64,000 nucleotides of DNA from Amphiscolops sp. MND2022. Its lineage: Eukaryota. Positions 35,996 to 49,335 of the stretch are shown piece by piece. The stretch is from positions 51,834,001 to 51,898,000 of the forward strand of contig OZ076409.1 in the NCBI GenBank assembly GCA_964187785.1. The letters run 5' to 3'. Position 1 is the stretch's first letter. Each line of letters starts with the position of its first letter. The notes beneath the pieces are model-generated. The model was given only the letters and a program-made list of their open reading frames with translations. It did no database searches and was not told where the DNA came from. Position numbers and translations under genes: made by a program.

Positions 35996-36712
35996 GTTAG
36001 TTGTTTTCATTTCGAGCATTACTGTCATGAAATCCTCATGAACAATAATGGCCAATTAAATTATCACTGCTAGATTTTTTCAGGTTCCGTTTAAAGTGTA
36101 TGGATTTTGATGAAAGAAGACAAGTTGTCCACTGAGCACCGGGATATTTTCTATCGCCTCAAGCGTAGCCGACATACTGCAAAATTTGCACGAAAAGTTC
36201 AAAAATTGAAAGTTCATTTTAGGCATGTTCTCTTCACAGAACATCAAAAGTATGTGAAGCTGCTAACTTTTCTGTCGTCCAACAAAAACTCAAAAAAAGT
36301 ATCAGAATTGCTCAAAACAGATTTTCGGGTTTTTTGGAACATTTGAAAAAAGAAAACGATCTAAAGAAATGAAACATGCCCGAAGTCAAACATTTGAAAA
36401 AAAAGTTCGCTTTTTGCGACGATTTGCTTTTTTGGTCTTAATTCAACTGTAGTTGTAATCTACGGAACAATTTATTTATATTGGATGAAAATTTGAACTT
36501 GCGGAATTCGACACAAAACGCAGCCGAGTTGGTTATATTTTTCTCATAAGGAGAATGGGCGGTAAATATCAACTGATCCGTTAAAACCTGATTATATAAG
36601 TGGTCATCGTTGATCATGAGCTGTTCCAACACCCTTTATTGAGACGCAGGAATAGAACAAGCCGGGAACGGCCCAAGTCGGCGCCATATCTAAGGCTCAA
36701 AAATAGCAAAAG

Positions 36713-39700
36713 TGTGACATTTAATTGTGTTTCATTTCAGTTTTGTATATGTCTGTGGTGGGGTTTTAATATATAGTTGAACACCAATCATTTGTTTTCA
36801 TGGTAGCAGAAGGTACATGGCGTCAAGCAGCAGTTTGAAAACCCCACCACTATGGGAAGATGGGAAGTCATTCGAAAAATGGAAGTCCGAAATGGAATTT
36901 TGGGCGTTAATAACAGAACTGGATAAAAAGAAACGCGGACCAGTAGTCGCACTTACTCTGACTGGAAGAAAACGCGAGATTGCACTCGAAATCAAAGCCG
37001 AAGATCTTAATAAAGATGAGGGCCTAAAAACATTACTAGACAAACTGAAATTGTCATTTAGACAAGACGAAACTGATAGAATTTTTGAGGCGTACTCGAA
37101 ATTTGAATCGATTAACAGAGGCACTAAAAGCATGGTGGAATATTTGCAAGTGTTTGAACGACAGAATGACGAAATAACCTCATTGGGGATAAAATTACCG
37201 ACAGAAGTATTGGCATGCAAGATATTATATTGCGCAAATCTCGACTTTAAAGAGCGACAAATGGCGCTTTCCGCCACTTCAAAATTGGAATTTGAACAAA
37301 TGAAGACGGCATTGAGAAGGATATTTGGAAGTAGCGAATTCAGCGAGATTCCAGACGCACCGAAAATTAAATCAGAACCGGCATTCGTGACAACTACTGA
37401 GTCTCAACAAATTGAAAGTGAAGAAATCGAAGAAAACTGTTATTGGGGTAGTAGAGGACGGGGGACTCGTGGACGTCCCTTCGTCAAAAGAGGAAATATG
37501 AGAGGAAATTATCGAGGAAGACAAAAAACTGGCACGAACCCATTAAACAATAATGGTATATCACAACATGTTCCATATGCGGATCAAGGTATCAATGGAA
37601 GCGTGACTGTCGCGAAAATCCAGAAAACAAGAAAGAAGAGGAAGAACCGCGTGGTTATTTAACATTCGCTACGATACCCGAGTCGGTAACCAAGGAGTGC
37701 ATGAAAATTGGAATTATCGACACCGGATGTACTATGACGGTCACTGGAGAACCATTGTACCAAGCTTTCTAATCACCAGTGAGTTTTGAAATTAACGAAG
37801 GTAGACCAGACAAGACATCTATCATTTTTGGCGATGGCAAGAAAGTTTTCGGTAGACGAAATGTCAAGATACCTGGTACAATTGGAGATATCAACTGTTT
37901 TATATCGGTTGAGATAGTACCGGTGAATATACCATTGCTGATCAGTATCAAATATTTATCGTTAATGAGTTCTCAACTCAATTTTTCTACGAACACTTTG
38001 GAATTATAAAATGGCTCACATGTTTCACTGGTAAAATTGTCCACTGGACATATTGGGATTGACATTAGTTCGACCGACAATATACGACCAAACGTCCTAT
38101 TTACAAAGAAGGAATTGGACAAGACAAGAGATGATGAAGTTACATCGACAATTTGGACACTGTGGTGTTGATCGTTTATGTAGACTAATAAACGCCGGAG
38201 GCGTAGCAAAGCGTAACGATATTCGAGAAATCGTGGATAATTGCGAAATTTGCGTCAAGTTTGGACGTCCGAAACCGAAACCTGCAGTATCGATGCCACT
38301 AGCATCCGAGATTAACGAGGTTGTAGCAATGGATCTTCATCAATTGAAACCGAGCGTATATTACATTCATTTTATCGACTTATTTTCCCGATACAGTCGT
38401 GCAGCTATTATATATGACAAATCACCGAGAACAATAATAGCATCTTTCATATCTGAATGGATATGCGATTTTGGTGTACCACAAAGTACCCTAACAGATA
38501 ATGGAGGTGAATTCGACAACCAGCATTTTCGATCAATGGCGGAGAATTATGGAATCCGTATAAAAACGACAGCTGCCGAGAGCTCATGGTCAAATGGTGT
38601 TTGTGAGCGACATAATGCAGTATTGACAGATATATTTTTGAAGCTCAAAGCAGACCAAACATGGGATATTCCAGATTCAAGCCTGATGAAGTATTGTTCG
38701 TTTGCAAAAAATTGTCTTTCCTATAAAGACGGTTTTTCTCCTCAGCAGATTGTTAGAGGGTATGCTCCAAGATTACCCAGCACACTCGACCAAAATCAAC
38801 CAGCCTTGGAAAACGTCACAACCTCGGATGTGATTGGAAGTCACCTAATTACGTTACACAAAATACGAGAGGCATACATTCAGTCCGAAAATGCAGATCG
38901 AATAAGACGAGCATTGCGAGCAAATATTCGTTGCAACGAAGAAAATTTTGATACTGGTGATTCAGTATTCTATAAACGTGAAAATGACAATGAATGGAAG
39001 GGACCAGGAGAAGTGATAGGAGTTGATGGCACGAATATCCTGGTGAAACATGGTGAATACGTTGTCAAGGTTGACGCAGTTGGCGACTCCATGCAACACG
39101 AATCGGATCAGGAAGATCTCGGTGAAAGTAAGTTATTGGAAATCGTCGGTTCTTCAGACGGAGAACCAGTACGGGAACATGTCACGTTCAAAACAGTCTA
39201 CGAATATGATCATGGAAATAATTTTAAAGGATTTGTGCTGAGTCGTGCTGGAAGAGCGAATAGCAAGCACAAGAACTGGCTTAACATTGAGTACACGCAC
39301 CCAGAATCGATGGCTGCTAATGCTAAAACAGGCCCAGTGGATTTTCAAATAGATGTTTCTGAATGGTCCTATGACGAAGCAGAAAATACAAAAATAGCTT
39401 TAATTACCATGGATGATGACTTCCACGAAGCAAAATTGGCTGAATATCAAAGTTGGATTTAAAAAGATGTATTTGAACGTGTTCCTGATGAAGGGCAACC
39501 AAGAGTGACTACACGTTGGATCTTAACGGTAAAGGACGATGGCAGCAGAAAAGCCTGCTTAGTCGCTAGTGGTTTTCTGGAAAACGAAGCTGAACTAACC
39601 AAAGATCCGCCGACAATTTTCAAGGAAACATTCCGCACTATGCTGGTAATTTTAGCCGCACAACCACGATGGCAAACAGAATTTTTGGACGTCAAAACGG

Positions 39701-41355
39701 CTTTTCTTCAAGGCGAGTCGCTATCACGAACTGTTTATCTAGCTCCTCCTCAGGGGATGATACATGCTTGTGGAAACTGAAGAAATGTGTTTATGGACTT
39801 TTGGATGCCTCGCGTCATTGGTATAACAGTCAAAACTGAATTATGTTCTCTTGGATGTCAAATGTCTTCCTTCGATTCATCGTCGTTTTACTGGAAAAAG
39901 GGCACAAATCTGGAAGGCATTATATGTGTGCACGTAGACGATTTCTGGACTCCTGGCACTGACCTATTTTTTCGACTCGTTGTGGACAAGTTAGCCACTG
40001 TGTTCACGATAGGTTCAAGAAAGAAGTTGCCATATCGATACTTGAAATTAGACATATCTCGAACTGATGAGGGGATTAAACTCTCAATAGGCGATTATGT
40101 CTACAACAAAAGTCTGGTTGATGCGGTGAAGTCTACAAAATCCGTTCAAGACAAGCGGTTGCGGGTAGACATGAGTCATCTGAAACACTTAGTGAACGAA
40201 CAAAAGGAATTGCAACTTAATTGGATTGCCTCGAGTAAACAACTTGCAGATTGTTTAACGAAAACAACAAGCGCTAATTATGGCAATCTGGAACGAATTA
40301 TCGGTGTTGTACAGGCGCCATCATTTGTGACTCCAGAGCCCTTTGACTAACTCGGAAGTTGCTCATTGACGGTGTTTGCGATTCATATGACTAATTTTAT
40401 CAATCGTCTGCACCAGAACAGTTAGCAATATATGAATCTACCAATATTTTTTATTCATTAATGGTGTTCATTCATCATTCATTTATCCCCTGCCAATCGC
40501 TTCAACGTGTTATTTTTCAGACTCACCATTGTTTATTTCCTTGGTGCCAGTGGATTCAACTTTGCATTCAAGTCATTGTCAGACTGGGATCGAAGACACT
40601 TTCAGTCACGTTATCCTTTTTCTCTGTTAAAGGTTTATCTTTCAACCCAAATGCCATTAACAAATCCAAGGACTTGAACGTACTGTTGAAGGATAGTTGC
40701 TTGAAGAACCACAAGAATTTTGTGATTCTCCCTGGAGTGATCAACAACACTATTTCTGCGCATCACAGTAATAACACACCCTACCCAGTTGACGATCTGG
40801 TGAACACCTTGAAAAAGTTAAAACCAAGAATAGCTGGAATCGTCTATTGTCGCCGTGAAGGTCTGCGTGATATTAGGGCAGAGCTATAATCCACTGACTG
40901 ACGAGAAACTGCCGAATATTGACGTGAAGAAACATCTTTTGTCATACAGAAAACGGCACAATCAACTGATTATCTCTGACGTAGCAAAGTTGCACCCTTC
41001 TGTCGAATTGCATCTGAATATGGTAGTTACTGTACTGGAATACCAGCACAATTTACGGCAACTTGTACGGCAAACTAGAAGCAAGTCGAAGAACAAGCCT
41101 TCAGCCAAACAACATGCAAAGCAGAAGCGAAAGGCACAACAACTCTTGAATAAATTGAGAATTTGTTTTCCCCTTTGTCAGATCCTAGTGACGCCAGAGT
41201 CTTTTGACTAACTCGGCTGTTGCCTGGTGACGACTGCGCTACATTTTTAAATTTTGTTTACCGGGAATCTGTGACATTTCATTGTGTTTCATTTCAGTTT
41301 TGTTTATGTCTGGTGGGGTTTTAATATATATTTGAACACCAATCATTTGTTTTCA
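36713..41355 (+). mobile_element. Ty1/Copia LTR retrotransposon, GalEa-like, defective (copy 1)
   Basis: LTRs 36713-36800 and 41270-41355 (TG..CA), PBS TGGTAGCAGA, AAAG flanking duplication. Domain order gag, PR (IIDTGC), INT (KLHRQFGH..C..C, MDL, TDNGGEF, SNG..ER), RT (DVKTAFLQG, HVDDF), RNH (QLADCLTK). Stops, frameshifts and an RT/RNH deletion. Confidence 0.92.
40521..41211 (+). pseudogene. SGNH-like extra ORF between RNase H and the 3' LTR (copy at 46412-47102)
   Basis: Across two frameshifts (~40620, ~40885): IVYFLGASGF..FSVKGLSFNPNAIN..VILPGVINNTIS..IAGIVYCRREG..DVAKLHP, followed by a basic tail. Confidence 0.65.
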
Positions 41356-41895
41356 AAAGGACTTCAATGTATCAAGTATTCTCTTCTACAGTACCCGCGT
41401 GAGGAACAAAATTGGAAAAAAAACGAAAACTTGCACAAAAAATTTTTGGTCATGCGCGGGACTCATGCCCACGTCCTTCTGCTTGGCAGGCATCACAAAC
41501 TATCCTAATTAACCTCTATGCTAAGTGGCAGTAAAAGTTACAAGTGTGGCAGTTAGTGGATCATGAAAATTGTAAAAAGTGGACCATTCAGAGTGAGATT
41601 GTCAGTTGAAAAAAACTACCCATTGTAATAGTCGGACTTTTTTTCCTTAAGGGAGAAGGCGCCGACTAAAAACAGAATTTCAACTTCTACTTGTTCTTGT
41701 TTATATCGCATTGGTCACTGCAAGTGAGCTTTTGTTCAGACTCAAAAAACTACGTCAGTTGCCAAACTTGAATTTGCAAATCTGTTTAAACACTACGCGT
41801 ATCATCAATTAGTTAATTGCATGTTCCTATGTTGGATTTTTTGGCTGATGATACAAAACTAAATACGAATTGTCATCTGTTGATATTGATTTCAG

Positions 41896-42074
41896 ACTAG
41901 TGGAACTGAGTTCCGAGTGAAGCTTACAGGTGTACAGTCGTCAGGACCTCATGGCTTTCACGTACATCAATATGGCAACTTGTTCACCAAAGACGAGGCA
42001 GGGTTGTGCAAAGGGGCAGGCGGTCATTACAACCCCGAAAATATCAACCATGGGGGGCCTTCTGATGCTGTCAG
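41896..42074 (+). CDS. SOD3: Cu/Zn SOD exon 3 (copy a)
   Basis: TTTCAG acceptor; TSGTEFRVKLTG..PHGFHVHQYG..CKGAGGHYNP..NHGGPSDAVR; AG|GT donor, phase 2; 179 nt. Confidence 0.92.
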
Positions 42075-42526
42075 GTTAACAAAACTGCCGCTTCAATCTT
42101 CAAATGAGTTTATCATTTTTGAATAACCAATTTCAAAATTAAATTCTCACATATTCGAGCAAAAACTTGATATAATTGTTTCTCCTGAAATACTAACGGT
42201 GCTACAGATGAGGCGGCAACTCATTTTCACAAAGTTTTGACTGAAAATTGAGTGAAAAAACTAAATCCTCATACGTCGAAGCGATCACGTTCATTCGAAA
42301 GCGGATCTCCTTTACCATCATTCGACACAAAACGCAGCCGAGTTGGTTATATTTTTCTCATAAGGAGAATGGGCGGTAAATATCAACTGATCCGTTAAAA
42401 CCTGATTATATAAGTGGTCATCGTTGATCATGAGCTGTTCCAACACCCTTTATTGAGACGCAGGAATAGAACAAGCCGGGAACGGCCCAAGTCGGCGCCA
42501 TATCTAAGGCTCAAAAATAGCAAAAG

Positions 42527-45500
42527 TGTGACATTTAATTGTGTTTCATTTCGGTTTTGTATATGTCTGTGGTGGGGTTTTAATATATAGTTGAACACCA
42601 ATCATTTGTTTTCATGGTAGCAGAAGGTACATGGCGTCAAGCAGCAGTTTGAAAACCCCACCACTATGGGAAGATGGGAAGTCATTCGAAAAATGGAAGT
42701 CCGAAATGGAATTTTGGGCGTTAATAACAGAACTGGATAAAAAGAAACGCGGACCAGTAGTCGCACTTACTCTGACTGGAAGAAAACGCGAGATTGCACT
42801 CGAAATCAAAGCCGAAGATCTTAATAAAGATGAGGGCCTAAAAACATTACTAGACAAACTGAAATTGTCATTTAGACAAGACGAAACTGATAGAATTTTT
42901 GAGGCGTACTCGAAATTTGAATCGATTAACAGAGGCACTAAAAGCATGGTGGAATATTTGCAAGTGTTTGAACGACAGAATGACGAAATAACCTCATTGG
43001 GGATAAAATTACCGACAGAAGTATTGGCATGCAAGATATTATATTGCGCAAATCTCGACTTTAAAGAGCGACAAATGGCGCTTTCCGCCACTTCAAAATT
43101 GGAATTTGAACAAATGAAGACGGCATTGAGAAGGATATTTGGAAGTAGCGAATTCAGCGAGATTCCAGACGCACCGAAAATTAAATCAGAACCGGCATTC
43201 GTGACAACTACTGAGTCTCAACAAATTGAAAGTGAAGAAATCGAAGAAAACTGTTATTGGGGTAGTAGAGGACGGGGGACTCGTGGACGTCCCTTCGTCA
43301 AAAGAGGAAATATGAGAGGAAATTATCGAGGAAGACAAAAAACTGGCACGAACCCATTAAACAATAATGGGTATATCACAACATGTTCCATATGCGGATC
43401 AAGGTATCAATGGAAGCGTGACTGTCGCGAAAATCCAGAAAACAAGAAAGAAGAGGAAGAACCGCGTGGTTATTTAACATTCGCTACGATACCCGAGTCG
43501 GTAACCAAGGAGTGCATGAAAATTGGAATTATCGACACCGGATGTACTATGACGGTCACTGGAGAACCATTGTACCAAGCTTTCTAATCACCAGTGAGTT
43601 TTGAAATTAACGAAGGTAGACCAGACAAGACATCTATCATTTTTGGCGATGGCAAGAAAGTTTTCGGTAGACGAAATGTCAAGATACCTGGTACAATTGG
43701 AGATATCAACTGTTTTATATCGGTTGAGATAGTACCGGTGAATATACCATTGCTGATCAGTATCAAATATTTATCGTTAATGAGTTCTCAACTCAATTTT
43801 TCTACGAACACTTTGGAATTATAAAATGGCTCACATGTTTCACTGGTAAAATTGTCCACTGGACATATTGGGATTGACATTAGTTCGACCGACAATATAC
43901 GACCAAACGTCCTATTTACAAAGAAGGAATTGGACAAGACAAGAGATGATGAAGTTACATCGACAATTTGGACACTGTGGTGTTGATCGTTTATGTAGAC
44001 TAATAAACGCCGGAGGCGTAGCAAAGCGTAACGATATTCGAGAAATCGTGGATAATTGCGAAATTTGCGTCAAGTTTGGACGTCCGAAACCGAAACCTGC
44101 AGTATCGATGCCACTAGCATCCGAGATTAACGAGGTTGTAGCAATGGATCTTCATCAATTGAAACCGAGCGTATATTACATTCATTTTATCGACTTATTT
44201 TCCCGATACAGTCGTGCAGCTATTATATATGACAAATTACCGAGAACAATAATAGCATCTTTCATATCTGAATGGATATGCGATTTTGGTGTACCACAAA
44301 GTACCCTAACAGATAATGGAGGTGAATTCGACAACCAGCATTTTCGATCAATGGCGGAGAATTATGGAATCCGTATAAAAACGACAGCTGCCGAGAGCTC
44401 ATGGTCAAATGGTGTTTGTGAGCGACATAATGCAGTATTGACAGATATATTTTTGAAGCTCAAAGCAGACCAAACATGGGATATTCCAGATTCAAGCCTG
44501 ATGAAGTATTGTTCGTTTGCAAAAAATTGTCTTTCCTATAAAGACGGTTTTTCTCCTCAGCAGATTGTTAGAGGGTATGCTCCAAGATTACCCAGCACAC
44601 TCGACCAAAATCAACCAGCCTTGGAAAACGTCACAACCTCGGATGTGATTGGAAGTCACCTAATTACGTTACACAAAATACGAGAGGCATACATTCAGTC
44701 CGAAAATGCAGATCGAATAAGACGAGCATTGCGAGCAAATATTCGTTGCAACGAAGAAAATTTTGATACTGGTGATTCAGTATTCTATAAACGTGAAAAT
44801 GACAATGAATGGAAGGGACCAGGAGAAGTGATAGGAGTTGATGGCACGAATATCCTGGTGAAACATGGTGGATACGTTGTCAAGGTTGAGAGGCGTAAAG
44901 ACAGCATCGGCAGCACCAGTATCAGCGAAATCGGCTCGTATAGCACAAGGCGACACTGGTATTGACGCAGTTGGCGACTCCATGCAACACGAATCGGATC
45001 AGGAAGATCTCGGTGAAAGTAAGTTATTGGAAATCGTCGGTTCTTCAGACGGAGAACCAGTACGGGAACATGTCACGTTCAAAACAGTCTACGAATATGA
45101 TCATGGAAATGATTTTAAAGGATTTGTGCTGAGTCGTGCTGGAAGAGCGAATAGCAAGCACAAGAACTGGCTTAACATTGAGTACACGCACCCAGAATCG
45201 ATGGCTGCTAATGCTAAAACAGGCCCAGTGGATTTTCAAATAGATGTTTCTGAATGGTCCTATGACGAAGCAGAAAATACAAAAATAGCTTTAATTACCA
45301 TGAATGATGACTTCCACGAAGCAAAATTGGCTGAATATCAAAGTTGGATTTAAAACGATGTATTTGAACGTGTTCCTGATGAAGGGCAACCAAGAGTGAC
45401 TACACGTTGGATCTTAACGGTAAAGGACGATGGCAGCAGAAAAGCCTGCTTAGTCGCTAGTGGTTTTCTGGAAAACGAAGCTGAACTAACCAAAGATCCG

Positions 45501-47246
45501 CCGACAATTTTCAAGGAAACATTCCGCACTATGCTGGTAATTTTAGCCGCACAACCACGATGGCAAACAGAATTTTTGGACGTCAAAACGGCTTTTCTTC
45601 AAGGCGAGTCGCTATCACGAACTGTTTATCTAGCTCCTCCTCAGGGGATGATACATGCTTGTGGAAACTGAAGAAATGTGTTTATGGACTTTTGGATGCC
45701 TCGCGTCATTGGTATAACAGTCAAAACTGAATTATGTTCTCTTGGATGTCAAATGTCTTCCTTCGATTCATCGTCGTTTTACTGGAAAAAGGGCACAAAT
45801 CTGGAAGGCATTATATGTGTGCACGTAGACGATTTCTGGACTCCTGGCACTGACCTATTTTTTCGACTCGTTGTGGACAAGTTAGCCACTGTGTTCACGA
45901 TAGGTTCAAGAAAGAAGTTGCCATATCGATACTTGAAATTAGACATATCTCGAACTGATGAGGGGATTAAACTCTCAATAGGCGATTATGTCTACAACAA
46001 AAGTCTGGTTGATGCGGTGAAGTCTACAAAATCCGTTCAAGACAAGCGGTTGCGGGTAGACATGAGTCATCTGAAACACTTAGTGAACGAACAAAAGGAA
46101 TTGCAACTTAATTGGATTGCCTCGAGTAAACAACTTGCAGATTGTTTAACGAAAACAACAAGCGCTAATTATGGCAATCTGGAACGAATTATCGGTGTTG
46201 TACAGGCGCCATCATTTGTGACTCCAGAGCCCTTTGACTAACTCGGAAGTTGCTCATTGACGGTGTTTGCGATTCATATGACTAATTTTATCAATCGTCT
46301 GCACCAGAACAGTTAGCAATATATGAATCTACCAATATTTTTTATTCATTAATGGTGTTCATTCATCATTCATTTATCCCCTGCCAATCGCTTCAACGTG
46401 TTATTTTTCAGACTCACCATTGTTTATTTCCTTGGTGCCAGTGGATTCAACTTTGCATTCAAGTCATTGTCAGACTGGGATCGAAGACACTTTCAGTCAC
46501 GTTATCCTTTTTCTCTGTTAAAGGTTTATCTTTCAACCCAAATGCCATTAACAAATCCAAGGACTTGAACGTACTGTTGAAGGATAGTTGCTTGAAGAAC
46601 CACAAGAATTTTGTGATTCTCCCTGGAGTGATCAACAACACTATTTCTGCGCATCACAGTAATAACACACCCTACCCAGTTGACGATCTGGTGAACACCT
46701 TGAAAAAGTTAAAACCAAGAATAGCTGGAATCGTCTATTGTCGCCGTGAAGGTCTGCGTGATATTAGGGCAGAGCTATAATCCACTGACTGACGAGAAAC
46801 TGCCGAATATTGACGTGAAGAAACATCTTTTGTCATACAGAAAACGGCACAATCAACTGATTATCTCTGACGTAGCAAAGTTGCACCCTTCTGTCGAATT
46901 GCATCTGAATATGGTAGTTACTGTACTGGAATACCAGCACAATTTACGGCAACTTGTACGGCAAACTAGAAGCAAGTCGAAGAACAAGCCTTCAGCCAAA
47001 CAACATGCAAAGCAGAAGCGAAAGGCACAACAACTCTTGAATAAATTGAGAATTTGTTTTCCCCTTTGTCAGATCCTAGTGACGCCAGAGTCTTTTGACT
47101 AACTCGGCTGTTGCCTGGTGACGACTGCGCTACATTTTTAAATTTTGTTTACCGGGAATCTGTGACATTTCATTGTGTTTCATTTCAGTTTTGTTTATGT
47201 CTGGTGGGGTTTTAATATATATTTGAACACCAATCATTTGTTTTCA
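42527..47246 (+). mobile_element. GalEa-like Copia (copy 2, from the tandem duplication)
   Basis: LTRs 42527-42614 and 47161-47246. The gag ORF 42631-43587 keeps the knuckle CSICGSRYQWKRDC and the protease motif in frame. Confidence 0.92.
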
Positions 47247-47786
47247 AAAGGACTTCAATGTATCAAGTATTCTCTTCTACAGTACCCGCGTGAGGAACAA
47301 AATTGGAAAAAAAACGAAAACTTGCACAAAAAATTTTTGGTCATGCGCGGGACTCGAGCCCACGTCCTTCTGCTTGGCAGGCATCAAAAACTATCCTAAT
47401 TAACCTCTATGCTAAGTGGCAGTAAAAGTTACAAGTGTGGCAGTTAGTGGATCATGAAAATTGTAAAAAGTGGACCATTCAGAGTGAGATTGTCAGTTGA
47501 AAAAAACTACCCATTGTAATAGTCGGACTTTTTTTCCTTAAGGGAGAAGGCGCCGACTAAAAACAGAATTTCAACTTCTACTTGTTCTTGTTTATATCGC
47601 ATTGGTCACTGCAAGTGAGCTTTTGTTCAGACTCAAAAAACTACGTCAGTTGCCAAACTTGAATTTGCAAATCTGTTTAAACACTACGCGTATCATCAAT
47701 TAGTTAATTGAATGTTCCTATGTTGGATTTTTTGGCTGATGATACAAAACTAAATACGAATTGTCATCTGTTGGTATTGATTTCAG

Positions 47787-47965
47787 ACTAGTGGAACTGA
47801 GTTCCGAGTGAAGCTTACAGGTGTACAGTCGTCAGGACCTCATGGCTTTCACGTACATCAATATGGCAACTTGTTCACCAAAGACGAGGCAGGGTTGTGC
47901 AAAGGGGCAGGCGGTCATTACAACCCCGAAAATATCAACCATGGGGGGCCTTCTGATGCTGTCAG
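47787..47965 (+). CDS. SOD3: Cu/Zn SOD exon 3 (copy b, duplicate)
   Basis: Appears identical to 41896-42074 with intact splice sites. Confidence 0.9.
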
Positions 47966-48089
47966 GTTAACAAAACTGCCGCTTCAATCTTCAAATGAGT
48001 TTATCATTTTTGAATAACCAATTTCAAAATTAAATTCTCACATATTCGAGCAAAAACTTGATATAATTGTTTCTCCTGAAATACTAACG

Positions 48090-49272
48090 GTGCTACAGAT
48101 GAGGCGGCAACTCATTTTCACAAAGTTTTGACTGAAAATTGAGTGAAAAAACTAAATCCTCATACGTCGAAGCGATCACGTTCATTCGAAAGCGGATCTC
48201 CTTTACCATCATTCGTACAGCGCTCATAGCTTTGAGAGGCAAAAGGGAAAATATCATGAGGGCCACACCAATCAATGAATGTGACATCAACATCATGGCC
48301 AGCACCCTCTAACATAAAATTTGAATCGATCGTCTTAGCAGAAGAAATAAATATCCGCTGTATTAAAAGAATACCAAAGATATAAGGAAGTAGTTCTCAG
48401 TTTCAACATTCAACTTTTATTGCATCAAACCCAAGCCACGAGACCTGGAGACGTTCTCCAGCCTAAATCTATGCAGAATAGTTGCAGAATCTATTCAGAT
48501 TTTCATCATATATATATTATCATTACAACATTTGAAAGCGAATTTGTGTTTGGTACTCGATCCCGGACCTAATTGGATTTTGAAGGTGACTTTTTTTTCA
48601 ATCCATACGAACTGACCAAAATAGTTCTTCGAAAGTTCTACGAAATATTATGGTGTCAAATTGAACCCTTTCGCCTAGCGAACTGAACCAAAAATGTTTT
48701 TCCTGTGTTTCCGCGTAACAAACAGTACCGGGCGAGACTAAAGGGTCCCCCTTTCAGTTTTTTTGGCATTGAGAGACTTTTTTAAAGAAAAAATCCCTCA
48801 AAGGCCCCCTTCAATTTTTTTGACGCTTGACGACAGAAAGGATGTTGAAAAATCCCAAAGGGTCCCTTTCAGTTTTTTTTCGGCATTGTGAGAATTTTTT
48901 CGAGAATGACTTCAAAGGGCCCCCTTCAATTTTGTTGGATGTTTTGCGACAGGTGAAACGGCAACTCATTTTCACGAAGTTATGAGTGGAAAATTGAGTG
49001 AAAAAACTAAATCCTCATACGTCAAAGCCATCACGTTCATTCGAAAGCGGATCTCCTTTACCATCATTCGTACAGTGTTCATAGCTTTTAGAGGCAAAAG
49101 GAAAAATATGAGGGCCACGCCAATCAATGAATGTGACATCAACATCATGGCCAGCACCCTCTAACATGAAATTTGAATCGATCGTCTTAGCAGAAGAGAT
49201 AGCCGCTGTATTAAGAAAACCAAAGATATCAGGAAGTAGTTCTCAGTTTCAACATTCAACTTTTATTGCATC
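48090..49272 (+). mobile_element. Two 5'-truncated CRE-like 3'-end fragments (~48090-48430 and ~48950-49272)
   Basis: KLSEKTKSSYV.AITFIRKRISFTIIRT..IA.RG (RLE C-terminus) plus a shared 3' UTR, separated by HINE-family sequence. Confidence 0.7.
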
Positions 49273-49335
49273 CAGGCTGACCACTCGGTCTATTTAGAGA
49301 CTGGTCAAAGTGAAACACGACTATTTTAGTGACTC

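Larger units (their letters stand above)
36656..41672 (-). mobile_element. HINE/Helentron-like non-autonomous repeat split by the Copia insertion (duplicate 42470-47563)
   Basis: AACAAGCCGGGAACGGC..AGTCGGCGC at the left end and GCGCCGACTAAAAA at the right end. The family motif ATAGCAAAAGGA is interrupted by the LTR element. Confidence 0.65.
36506..48215 (+). repeat. Tandem segmental duplication (5814-bp and 5891-bp units)
   Basis: 36506-42319 and 42320-48210 are near-identical. ATTCG microhomology occurs at 36506, 42320 and 48211. The length difference equals a 1-nt plus a 76-nt indel. Confidence 0.95.

Noticed and set aside
36798..37277. Antisense 159-aa ORF and similar short track ORFs
   Set aside because: Shadows of gag/pol or repeats, with no independent motifs.
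40327..40362. SECIS element
   Set aside because: GUGA is present, but the unpaired AA and the 3' GA are not at SECIS spacing.
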